Made by a program: the position numbers and the translations under genes | DNA from: Octopus vulgaris | Lineage: Eukaryota | Assembly (NCBI GenBank): GCA_951406725.2 | Contig: OX597826.1 | Span: forward strand, 19,592,001-19,656,000 | DNA: 64,000 nucleotides | Direction of reading: 5' to 3' | Notes under the pieces: model-generated | The model's database searches: none | Told to the model about the DNA's origin: nothing | Seen by the model: the letters and a program-made list of their open reading frames with translations, nothing else | Shown: positions 25,817 to 38,696 of the stretch, piece by piece | Layout: every line of letters begins with the position of its first letter | How positions within the stretch are numbered: the stretch's first letter is position 1

Positions 25817-25966
25817 TTATACATATATATATATATTTATACATATATACATATATATATATATTTATATATATATATATATTTATACATATATATATAT
25901 ATTTATACATATATATATATATTTATACATATATATATATATATTTATACATATATATATATATTT

Positions 25967-26009
<43 letters not shown>

Positions 26010-26063
26010 CATTATATATATATATATATTTATACATTTATATATATATATATATATTTATAC

Positions 26064-26101
<38 letters not shown>

Positions 26102-26266
26102 AAATGGAAAGATGAATTATCTTGTTACGGATTATTCAAAAGTTTAACCGATACCTGGGTAGCAGGTTTTGGAAAATTGTCGCCTTTGAAACATGTGTAG
26201 AATGTAATAAAAGGAATTCTGTACAATCTTCGTTCAACTCCATTTCTTCCATTCACTAATTATATA

Positions 26267-26303
<37 letters not shown>

Positions 26304-26430
26304 TTATACAAATATATATATATATATTTATACATATATATATATATATATTTATACATATATATATATATATTTATATATATATATATATATTTATACA
26401 TATATATATATATATTTATACATATATATA

Positions 26431-26594
<164 letters not shown>

Positions 26595-26722
26595 CAGGAA
26601 GCTTTATGAAAATAGACAAAAGACGAAGGCAGGTTTACGGAAATAAACAAAAGACGAAGGCAGGTGGAATACAAACAAACAATTGTATTAGTATGGCGCT
26701 CAGGAAATATAAATAAAACAAG

Positions 26723-26760
26723 TCTTTAACGTTTCGAGCCTACGCTCTTCAACAGAAAGA
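26723..26760 (-). ncRNA. Minimal type I hammerhead motif (CUGUUGA, A6U variant)
   Basis: UCUUU-CUGUUGA-A-GAGC-guag-GCUC-GAAA-CG-UU/AAAGA: perfect 5-bp stem I, 4-bp stem II and palindromic ACGU stem III. Confidence 0.6.
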
Positions 26761-26765
26761 TACAC

Positions 26766-26836
<71 letters not shown>

Positions 26837-26907
26837 TGTATATATATATTTATACATATATATATATATTTATACATACATATATATATATATATATATA
26901 TTTATAC

Positions 26908-28436
26908 GTATAAATTAAAAGAGGGGGTAATATGCCATATCCATAAGGGAGGTAGCAGAGCAGATGCTAAAAATTATAGGCCTATCTCTCTGACCTCACA
27001 CATCAGCAAAGTCATGGAACGAATAGTCCGTAAGAAACTAATCATGTTCCTTGAAGAAAATGACTTGCTGTCTGACACCCAGCATGGATTTCGACCAGGT
27101 AGAGGCTGCCTAATACAGCTCCTGCAACACTATGACTGGGTGTTGAAACAGCTACTAAATGGCTCAAATGTGGATGTAATATATCTCGACTTTGCAAAAG
27201 CCTTTGATAAAGTCGACCATGGTATGATCTGTCACAAACTGCGTGGTCTCGGCATAGGCGGGAAACTTGGAGAGTGGCTGCACAACTTCCTAAAAGACAG
27301 AAAACAGGCAGTTGTGAGCAATGGAGCCACCTCCAAGGAAACGCAAATAACAAGCGGTGTCCCACAGGGCACTGTCTTGGGGCCACTGATGTTCATAGTG
27401 GCCCTTTCAGACATGCCTTCAGTTGCTACGATGACCACCCTTGCTAGCTATGCAGATGACACAAAAGTCTCCCATGCAATACAAAACCCTGAAAATATTG
27501 CGCATCTGCAACATGAGCTGGACACAATATACAGATGGGCTGAGGACAACAACATGCAGTTTAATGCAGGTAAGTTCCAGGCCCTGCGCTACTGGCACAC
27601 AAAGGTAAATGACGTGAAGACTGGATACACTGGCCCAGGAAGAATTGCAATCCCTGAGTCAAAATCAGTGCGTGACCTGGGCATTGACATGAGCAATGAT
27701 GCATCTTTCCAAATGCATATTGCTAATCTGGTGATAAAATGCAGACGGCTAGCTGGATGGATTCTCCGAACTTTCAGAACAAGAGAGGAGACACTGATGG
27801 TCCTATGGAAAACATTCGTCCTCAGCCGCTTGGACTACTGCTCCCAACTTTGGTCACCACACAATATAAAACTAACAGCAGAACTCGAAGCAATTCAGAG
27901 AAGCTACACAAAGAAAATCGTCTCAATGCAAAATATCAGCTACTGGGAAAGACTGAAGGTATTAAACCTCTTCTCCCTAGAGCGGAGGCGGGAGAGATAT
28001 GCGGTGATATACATCTGGAAAATCCTGGAGGGTCTTGTCCCAAACTTTGGCATTCAAAGTTACTCCAACCGCAGAACGGGGCGCCACTGCATGGTGCCAA
28101 GGATTCCAACATCACCATCAAAATACAGGTCCAGATACTGCAACAGCTTGGGTTTCAGAGGACCACAGCTCTTTAACATCCTCCCTAAATGTCTGAGAGA
28201 CTTACATGGTGTGGATGTGGGTTTCTTTAAAACTAAACTGGATCTCTTCTTGTTGGGAGTTCCAATTGAGCCTACCTCATGACAGGAGACGCGGATGAGG
28301 GCAGCAGCATCGAACTCCCTTGTTGATCAAGTGCCACGTATCAGAGGTGGATTCACAAATTAGTGTAGCTCATTCAGCGGTGGTGCCCCAGCATGGCCGC
28401 GGCATTCGGGCTAAAACATTTTTAAGGATTTAAGGA
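26908..28436 (+). mobile_element. 5'-truncated CR1-group LINE (RT ORF 27014-28282)
   Basis: [17 protein letters not shown] and SLERRRERY motifs; 3' tail ggtgccccagcatggccgc; (TA)n on both sides. Confidence 0.95.
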
Positions 28437-29183
28437 TATATATATATATTTATACATATATATATATATATATTTATACATATATATATATATATATTTA
28501 TACATATATATATATATATTTATACATATATATATATATATATTTATACATATATATATATATATTTATACATATATATATATATATTTATACATATATA
28601 TATATATTTATACATATATATATATATTTATACATATATATATATATTTATACATATATATATATACATATATATATATATATTTATGCATATATATATA
28701 TATATTTATATATATATATATATATTTATACATATATATATATATATTTATACATATATATATATATATTTATACATATATATATATATATTTATACATA
28801 TATATATATATATTTATACATATATATATATATATATATTTATACATATATATATATATTTATACATATATATATATATTTATACATATATATATATATA
28901 TTTATACATATATATATATATATATACATATATATATTTATACATATATATATATATTTATACATATATATATATATATTTATACATATATATATATATA
29001 TATTTATACATATATATATATATATTTATACATATATATATATATATTTATACATATATATATATTTATACATATATATATAGATATTTATACATATATA
29101 TAACAAAGTTGAGTTGTGGGGTATCGCACGAGTGGAATTATATACGAAAGAAGGTTTGAAAATGCAATTTAAAAGATGTTTAT

Positions 29184-29228
29184 TTACTTAACCGGTTTCA
29201 CTCTTTGGTAAAAGATTGTCAAAAGTAA
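29184..29228 (-). ncRNA. Degenerate type I hammerhead motif, U3:A8-type core
   Basis: UUACUU-UUGACAA-UCUUU-uacc-AAAGA-gu-GAAACCGGUU/AAGUAA: 6-bp stem I, palindromic ACCGGU, and two extra nt before GAAA. Confidence 0.45.
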
Positions 29229-29313
29229 CATTGAATATTACGGGTTCAAAAAAGTTTTTTTACATAATTGTCACATTGAATATTATGAATTCAAAAATGT
29301 TTTTTTATACATA

Positions 29314-29710
29314 ACTAGCAGTATCGCCCGGCGTTGCTCGGGTTTGTAAGGGAAATAATTATATAAGCATTTTTAGAGATGTAAAGTATAATAGCCATCT
29401 CAATATGGCTAACCACAAAGGGGGAGGGTGTTACTGTAGCTTTTTACGTTCTGAGATTTAATAATAAATTTTAGAGAGTTACTTCCCTTATATATGGCAA
29501 AAATGGATTAAAAATGGGATGAAATTGATGGTAAATTTTTTTTTAAATCGTAGACTCATCGTAGACGCGCGCTAATACCCAGACGGTCTCGATATGAATC
29601 ACGACTATAAGATACCCGGTTTTGGTTAAACTGCACCGCAAAATGTGGGAGTAGTTAGGAATCTAAATCGTAGGAGACAGACACACAACCTCACTTTTAT
29701 ATATAAAGAT
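29314..29710 (+). mobile_element. HINE/DINE-1-like Helentron-associated element
   Basis: ACTAGCAGTATCGCCCGGCGTTGCTCGGG 5' end with a short hairpin and GACAGACAC...CTTTTATATATAAAGAT 3' end. Another copy starts at 60111. Confidence 0.65.
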
Positions 29711-29867
29711 TTCCTCTATTTACATAATATTGAGGTCTCTTTCTTTCTTTTGTTATCTTACTGTTTTTACCAATATACATATATATATATAAATATATAT
29801 ATAGTTACAGAGATGTACTTGCATAGCAAGTGACTTGATCTGAGATCGTGTGCTGGAACGAAAACAG

Positions 29868-30126
29868 TTGCAGCGTTGAAGGTGTTTATAAGCCATTTAA
29901 GAAACACACAAAAACCGTTAGATTCACTTCAACATTTAAATTAAATTTGTCAAAATATTTTCGTCGCTTTGAGACCGCGACCTGTTAGCACGATATTTTT
30001 GTCAGTGAACAGGTCGCGGTCTCAAAGCGACGAAAATATTTTGGCAAATTAAATTTAAATGTTGAAGTGAATGTAACGGTTTTTGTGTTTTTCTTAAATG
30101 GCTTACAAACACCTTCCACGCTGCAA
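29868..30126. repeat. ~120-bp fold-back inverted repeat
   Basis: 29868-29986 is the reverse complement of 30008-30126. A third copy of the unit is at 59755-59945. Confidence 0.9.
29998..30048 (+). ncRNA. Type I hammerhead-like motif with swapped G3:C8 core
   Basis: UUUGUCA-GUGAACA-G-GUCGC-ggucucaaa-GCGAC-GAAA-AUAU-UU/UGGCAAA. Confidence 0.55.
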
Positions 30127-30194
30127 TATATATATACACACATATATATATATGTATGTATGTATGTATGTGTGTATATGTGTATGCATGTATG

Positions 30195-30425
30195 TGTGTG
30201 TGTGTGCGTGTCTGTGCTTGTGATTGTCCTCCACCACTGCTTGACAACGAATGTTGGTTTGTTTACATCCCTGTCACCTAGTGGTTTGACAAAGGAAACA
30301 GATAGAATAAGTACAATGCTTACAAAAATAAAACTGGAGTTGATTCATTAAACTACAATTCTTCAAGGCATTGCCCCAGCATGGCCACAGAGCAATGGCT
30401 GGAAAAAGCAGAAGAATAAAAGAAT
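30195..30425 (+). mobile_element. SINE 3' half (older copy)
   Basis: tgcttgacaac...gatagaataagtac...tgccccagcatggccacag matches 57960-58150. Confidence 0.75.
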
Positions 30426-30426
30426 T

Positions 30427-30614
30427 GAGGGGGACCTCTACATGGTAGCTAGACCTGGTAGAAATAGCAGCAAAATTTCCCCCAAATCACACCTTACTGT
30501 CTTATCTATGTATATATGTATGTATGAGCCTATGAGGGAGACCCCTACATGGCAGCTAGACATGGTAGAAATAGCAGCCAAATCTCCCTCAAATCACACC
30601 TTACTGTCTTATCT
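30427..30614 (+). repeat. ~80-bp direct repeat pair (probable SINE body fragment)
   Basis: ctacatgg(t/c)agctagac...ggtagaaatagcagc...caaatcacaccttactgtcttatct occurs twice, about 107 bp apart. Confidence 0.7.
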
Positions 30615-31604
30615 TTCTGCTACTTGGATATAGGTGTTATATTCGTCTAAAAAAACTTTCCTGTCACACACTCACGCACACGCACACACACACACGCACC
30701 GTCACACACACACACACACTCACACACACGCACGTTAGCTTACAATTTTATTTATATATTTGCGTGTGTATGTGTGGAAAGAGGAAGTGGGAGGCAGAGT
30801 GAAAGAATCACTCACTACAGTAAGTCAATTACTTTCATTTTATTCGTTGCCCACTGTGTGTGTGCGTTTGCGTGTGGTGTAAACCAGACTAAGAAAAGCA
30901 TTTGACACACACACCAGAATGTGAGTTTTCTGTAAATTTTGCTTAATTGGAGTTTAAATTTTAAAAACTGGACCTGGCATGACGCGATGCATTGTACTCT
31001 TAAAAATGCCAGGTAAATTGTAATTGAAGAAATCCTATATTGTAGATTTGTATAACTCCCAAAGGGAGGCAGATAAAATCTGCCTTTTATAATAAGAGAT
31101 TGTCACATTAGATGTATAAATATAGTGTTTGGTAACAGAGATATGTTAAGGGCATAAAGACGTTCAATAGTGTGATGAGAATATTTGGAAAAATTGGCAG
31201 AAAAGAATAAAACAAATATATTATTGGAAATTTGGTTGCGTTAATTATTGGTTGTCGCAAATTGTCACATTACATGTATATATATACAGTCTTTGGTAGA
31301 AAGGACATGTTAAAGACATAAGGAAGTGCAATAGTTTGGTGAGAAAATTTGTAATATTGATAGAAAAAATTAAGATGGATATTTTATACATCTCAGAATA
31401 TTTTGAATTGAAGGCGAGAATTTGTTTTTACTGACCTGTTCGCTTTAGCAGAAAAGTTGAATTGAGAGAAAAATATGTGTACCCAGTTTTGTTTATGGTT
31501 CCCCTTCAAGCATCAATGATTTTGGGGTTTTGGGATGTGAGTATGCGGGTGTGAATAGATGTGTCCCTGTGCCTGCGGTATTTGGTCAGACGGCGTCTGT
31601 TTGT

Positions 31605-32661
31605 CACACACATATACACACAGACACAAGACACACACACACATAGTATACAAACACACACCACACACACACACAGAACACACACATACACAACGCACCC
31701 ACATATATAATATACACACACAGCACACAAATATAACATGTATTTATATATAATATACACACATATATAACACACATACACACACAACACACACACACAC
31801 ACACACAACACAGGCACACATACATACATAATATAAATATCACACAAATACACCTAGCAAATATATACATACAATACACATACACAGCATGTATATAATA
31901 CACATACACAATATATGCATGCAATATACATACGCAATACATACATATAATATATATATATATAGACAATGCATATACATATATACATATAAATAGTGTT
32001 TACATACACATACATAAATATACCACATATACACACAATATACATACATACAATGTATGCATATACACGTACGCATACATATAATATATATATACACACA
32101 CACACACACATAACATACACAATGCATACATATATATACATGCAATGTATATACATGTATTCATGCATATATAACACACCTACAATATACATATATACAA
32201 TGCACACATACACACACATATACACTTAATTGTACACATACATATACAATACACATACATACAATATACATATACACAATGCGCATGCAAATAATGCACA
32301 TGTTTATACACACATATACATGCAAATATATATACACACACACACATACACACACACATACATACACACATATATATATACATATATATATATATATACA
32401 TATATACATGTACATATATATATTTTCACACACATATACACACATATATATATATATAAAATTTACACACACACCCACACACACAAAATACAAACCTATA
32501 GCGTACACACTCAAATATATCTCTACATACCGCACACACACACAAACAATGTACTCACATATACACACATACCATGCATATACACACACAACACACACAC
32601 ATATATATATATATATATAAAAAACAAATACACATGTAAATACATACACACGTACACAATG

Positions 32662-32694
<33 letters not shown>

Positions 32695-32766
32695 GCGCAC
32701 ACACAACACACACGCACACAGTGCACACACACATATATACACACGCGCACACACACACACACACAA

Positions 32767-32797
<31 letters not shown>

Positions 32798-33003
32798 CAC
32801 TCATACATATACATATATATATATATATATATATATTTATACATACATATATATATATATTTATACATACATATATATATATATTTATAAATATATATAT
32901 ATTATATATATATATATATTTATACATACATATATATATATATTTATACATACATATATATATATATTTATACATATATATATATATATATTTATACATA
33001 TAT
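31605..33003. repeat. Cryptic (CA)/(TA) low-complexity tract
   Basis: Read directly. A complementary (TG)/(TA) tract lies at 60534-62080. Confidence 0.9.
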
Positions 33004-33230
33004 AATTTCACCCTTCATTATTACGGATAACCATATTTTATCTCAGTAGATGACCACAGCATCTTGTTTTGGCTACACGCGGGTGGGAAGGGGCTGGTGA
33101 CACAATCTTTTCATTCACACATTGAATTTGGTGATACTAGTTGCGGATTCTAGCTCGCTCTGATACTGAGTTGAGTCGATGCCTTCTAGTATCTCAAAAT
33201 TCAATATATAATCATTTATGATTATAGTAT

Positions 33231-33331
33231 TCTACGCTGAAGAGAAAAGAAGTTCTTGGTAAGATAGAATTATTTAATATTTAATTCTTATGCTTTCCTA
33301 AAAACTTGATTTCGAAACGTACGTCCGTAGA
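33231..33331 (+). ncRNA. Type I hammerhead ribozyme with long stem II
   Basis: UCUACG-CUGAAGA-GAAA...(AAGUU/AACUU, AGAAUUA/UAAUUCU)...UUUC-GAAAC-guac-GUC/CGUAGA. All core nucleotides canonical; predicted cut after 33325. Confidence 0.85.
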
Positions 33332-33544
33332 TAACTTAAAATTGTATGATAGATTGCCGTCAATTCATTCCCTCTTACCTGTTTGTGTCTGCCTTCCAAT
33401 TGCTGTTTTTACTGAGATCTCCTTTTTAGTAGAAGAAATAGCTATAACTCTTTGACTGCTATTTCTAAATTCGGTATGTGGTAAGGCAATTCGTTGCCAA
33501 ACCCTTTATTGCTTAGTATTACTATATATATATATATATATTTA

Positions 33545-33578
<34 letters not shown>

Positions 33579-33679
33579 CATATTTATACATATATATATA
33601 TATATATTTATACATATATATATATATTTATACATATATATATATATTTATACATATATATATATATATATATATTTAT

Positions 33680-33723
<44 letters not shown>

Positions 33724-33766
33724 ATATATTTATACATATATATATATATTTATAGGTATATATTTA

Positions 33767-33803
<37 letters not shown>

Positions 33804-34020
33804 ATATATTTATACATATATATATATATACATATATATATATATTTATACTATATATATATATATATATTTATACATATATATATATATTTATACATAT
33901 ATATATATATATTTATACATATATATATATATATATATTTATACATATATATATATATTTATACATATATATATATATTTATACATATATATATATATTT
34001 ATACATATATATATATATAT

Positions 34021-34055
<35 letters not shown>

Positions 34056-34219
34056 ATATTTATACATATATATATATATATTTATACATATATATATATA
34101 TTTATACATATATATATATATAGATATTTATACATATATATATATATAGATATTTATACATATATATATTTATATATATATATATATATATTTATACATA
34201 TATATATATATATTTATAC

Positions 34220-34251
<32 letters not shown>

Positions 34252-34312
34252 TTATACATATATATTTATGCATATATATATACATATATATATATATATA
34301 TTTATACATATA

Positions 34313-37300
34313 TCATCATATCATCATCATCATCATTTAACGTCCGCTTTCCATGCTAGCATGGGTTGGACGGTTCAACTGGGGTCTGGGGAGCCCGAAA
34401 GCTGCACCAGTCCAGTCAGATCTGGATGCCCTTCCTAACGCCAACCACTCCGAGAGTGTAGTGGGTGATTTTATGTGCCACCGACACAGGTGCCAGACGA
34501 GGCTGGCAAACGGCCACGCTCGGATGGTGTTTTTTATGTGCCACCGACACAGGTGCCAGACGAGGCTGGCAGACGCCCACGCTCGGATGGTGTTTTTATG
34601 TGCCACCGACACAGGTGCCAGATGAGGCTGGCAAACGGCCACGATCGGATGGTGTTTGTTACGTGCCCACGGCACGGAGGCCAGTCGATGCGGTACTGGC
34701 TACGGCCACGTTCGGATGGTTTTCTTGTGTGCCACGTGCCACCGGCACTGGTACCACAAAGATACAAATTCCATTGATGTTCATCTATTTTGATTTTTTT
34801 TGATTTGTTTTGATTTTTTTTGATTTTCACTTGCCTCAACAGGTCTTCACAAGTGTCACAAGAAGGAAGGTATGCACAGGTGGACTGACTACGTCCCAGG
34901 TAGGGGCCACAGGTTATGGCCTGACTAGTCTTGCCGGGTCTTCGGATGGTGTTTTTATGTGCCACCGACACAGGTGCCAGATGAGGCTGGCGAACGGCCA
35001 CGATCGGATAGTGTTTGTTACGTGCCCACAGCATGGAGGCCAGTCGGTGCGGTACTGGCTACGGCCACGTTCGGATGGTTTTCTTGTGTGCCACCGGCAC
35101 TGGTACCACAAAGATACAATTCCATTAATGTTCATCTATTTTGATTTGATTTGATTTGATTTGTTTTGATTTCATTTTGATTTTCACTTGCCTCAACAGG
35201 CCTTCATAAGTATCACAAGGAGGAAGGTATGCACAGGTGGACTGACTACGTCCCAGGTAGGGGCCACGGGATATGGCCTGACTAGTCTTGCCGGGTCTTC
35301 GGATGATGTTTTTATGTGCCACCGACACAGGTGCTAGATGAGGCTGGCGAACGGCCACGATCGGATGGTGTTTGTTATGTGCCCACAGCACGATGGCCAG
35401 TCGATGCGGTACTGACTACGGCCACGTTCGGATGGATTTCTTGTGTGCCACAGGCACTGGTACCACAAAGATACAAATTCAATTGATGTTCCTCTATTTT
35501 GATTTGATTTGATTTTTACTTGCCTCAACAGGTCTTCACAAGTGTCACAAGAAGGAAGGTATGCACAGGTGGACTGACTAGTCTTGCCGGGTCTTCGGAA
35601 GGTGTTTTTATGTGCCACCGACACAGGTGCCAGATGAGGCTGGCGAACGGCCATGATCGGATGGTGTTTGTTACGTGCCCACAGCACGGAGGCCGGTCGA
35701 TGCGGAACTGGCTACGGCCACGTTCGGATGGTTCTCTTGTGTGCCACCGGCACTGGTACCACAAAGTGTGTGCCACCGGCACTGGTACCACAAAGATACA
35801 GATTCCATTGATGTTCATCTATTTTGATTTGTTTTGATTTTGATTTTCACTTGCCTCAACAGGTCTTCACAAGTCTCACAAGAAGGAAGGTATGCACAGG
35901 TGGACTGACTACGTCCCAGGTAGGGGCCATGGGTTATGGCCTGACTAGTCTTGCCGGGTCTTCGGATGGTGTTTTTATGTGCCACCGACACAGGTGCTAG
36001 ATGAGGCTGGCGAACGGCCACGATCGGATGGTGTTTGTCATGTGCCCACAGCACGGAGGCCAGTCGATGCGGTACTGGCTACGGCCACTTTCGGATGGTT
36101 TTCTCTTGTGTGCCACCGGCACTGGTACCACAAAGATACAAATTCCATTGATGTTCATCTATTTTGATTTGTTTTGATTTGATTTTGATTTTCACTTGCC
36201 TCAACAGGCGTTCACAAGTATCACAAGGAGGAAGGTATGCACAGGTGGACTGACTACGTCCCAGGTAGGGGCCATGGGTTATTGCCTGACTAGTCTTGCC
36301 GGGTCTTCGGATGGTGTTTTTATGTGCCACCGACACAGGTGCTAGATGGGGCTGGCGAACGGCCACGACCGGATGGTGTTTGTTATGTGCCCACAGCACG
36401 ATGGCCAGTGATGCGGTACTGACTACGGCCACGTTCGGATGGATTCTTGTGTGCCACCGGCACTGGTACCACAAAGATACAAATTCCATTGATGTTCATC
36501 TATTTTGATTTGTTTTGATTTTCACTTGCCTCAACAGGTCTTCACAAGTGTCACAAGAAGGAAGGTATGTACAGGTGGACTGACTACGTCCCAGGTAGGG
36601 GCCACGGGTTATGACCTGACTAGTCTTGCCGGGTCTTCGGATGGTGTTTTTATGTGCCACCATGTTCCCACAGCACGGAGGCCAGTCGATGCGGTACTTG
36701 CTACGGCCACGTTCGGATGGTTTTCTTGTGTGCCACTGGCACTGGTACCACAAAGATACAAATTCCATTGACGTTCATCTATTTTGATTGACTTTCACTT
36801 GCCTCAGCAGGTCTTCACAAGTGTCACAAGGAGGAAGGTATGCACAGGTGGATCGACTACGTCCCAGGTAGGGGCCACGGGATATGGCCTGACTAGTCCT
36901 GCCGGGTCCTCTCATGCACATCACACTTCCATAGGACTCGGTCTTCAGTCATTTCCTTGGTGAGACCTAAAGTTCGAAGGTCGTGCTTCACCACCTCGTC
37001 CCAGGTTTTCCTGGGTCTACCTCTTCCACAGGTTCCCTCAACTGCTAGGGTGTAGCACTTTTGCACACAACTATCTTCAGCCATTCTCGTCACATGACCA
37101 TACCAGCGCAGCCGTCTCTCTTGCACACCACAACTGACACTTCTTAGGTTCAACTTTTCTCTCAAAGTACTTACACTCTGACGATTAAGAACACTGACAT
37201 TACACATCCATCGGAGCATACTGGCTTCATTTCTTGCAAGCTTACGCATATCCTCAGCAGTCACGGCCCATGTTTCACTACCATGTAGCATGGCTGTACG

Positions 37301-38560
37301 TACACACGCATCATATAGTCTGCCTTTTACTCTTAGCGAGAGGCCTTTTGTCACCAGCAGGGGTAAGAGCTCTCTAAACTTTGCCCAGGCTATTCTTACT
37401 CTAGCAGTTACACTTTCAGCACACCCACCCCCGCTACTGACTTGGTCTCCTAGGTAGCGGAAGCTATCAACTACTTCTAGTTTGTCTCCCTGGAACGTGG
37501 TAGAAGTTGGTCTCTGCACATCTCCAGTGTTTATTGCTCCTGAGCATCTGCCACAGACAAAAACTATTTTCTTAGTTAGCCTTCCTTTGACATTGCTGCA
37601 CCTCTTATGTGTCCAAAGCTTACACTTGGTGCACCTTATAGAGTTTCTACCTACACCTTTTTTACAGATCGAGCAGGGCCATCTACCTGAAGTCGTTTGT
37701 GATTGGTCCACCTTCCTACTTATTAGGACTTTGGTTTTGGCTAGGTTGATTCTAAGGCCCTTCGATTCTAATCCTTGTTTCCACACCTGAAACTTCTCCT
37801 CCAGTTCTGATAGTGACTCAGCAATTAGAGCAAGGTCATCAGCATAGAGGAGCTCCCAGGGGCATCCTGTTTTGAATTCCTCCGTTATTGCCTGGAGGAC
37901 TATGATAAATAGGAGGGGACTGAGGACTGAACCTTGGTGGACCCCAACCTCTATCCGGAATTCTTCACTGTACTCGTTGCCAACCCTCACCTTACTAGCA
38001 GCGTCTCTGTACATGGCTCGCACAGCTCTCACTAACCATTCATCTATCCCTAGTTTCCTCATTGACCACCAGATAAGGGATCGGGGGACCCTGTCAAAGG
38101 CTTTCTCCAAGTCAACAAAAGCCAGATACAAGGGCTTATCTTTGGCTAGGTATTTCTCCTGCAGCTGTCTTACCAGGAATAGCATCAGTAGTACTTTTCC
38201 CTGGCATGAACCCAAACTGCATATCATCTAAGCTAACTCTCTCTCTAATTAATTGGGCTATAACCCTCTCCGTAACCTTCATTACCTGATCCAACAGCTT
38301 GATGCCCCTGTAGTTATTTGTATCTAGGGCGTCGCCTTTACCTTTGTAGCAGTTGACTATTATGCTGCTACACCAGTCATTGGGTATGACTCCTTCGTGT
38401 ATCACCTGGTTTACTATACGGGTGACTAAGCTATAGTCGACACTACCAGATATTTTGAGCATCTCTGCAGTAATTCCTGATGGGCCTTGGGCTTTCCCTG
38501 TTTTCATGCTTCTAATTGCCTTATCTACTAAGGAACTGTTAACTCGGATTGCTGGTCCCT
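34313..38560 (-). mobile_element. 5'-truncated RTE-clade LINE with PHD finger and expanded 3' UTR
   Basis: NYRGIKLL, FVDLEKAFD, GVHQGSVLSP, LLYADD and LRWYGHV motifs; C4HC3 finger; frameshift near 38180; (GAT)n tail at 34313-34336. Confidence 0.95.
34590..36908. repeat. Tandem array of ~270-355-bp units (about 7) in the RTE 3' UTR
   Basis: cacttgcctcaacaggtcttcacaag recurs near 34828, 35184, 35517, 35848, 36193, 36523 and 36796. Confidence 0.9.
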
Positions 38561-38611
38561 CTATATATATATTTATACATATATATATATATATTTATAC
38601 ATATATATTTA

Positions 38612-38692
<81 letters not shown>

Positions 38693-38696
38693 CATT

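Noticed and set aside
26133-26203. ATTC...AAAG/CTTT-GAAACATGTGTA-GAAT hammerhead-like 3' half
   Set aside because: No CUGANGA-like core; at best a deleted remnant.
34450-36900. Repeat units resembling a CRISPR array or hammerhead retrozyme array (CAGATGAG...CGAAC)
   Set aside because: No unique spacers or cas genes, the motif lacks proper stems and GAAA, and it is explained as RTE 3' UTR.
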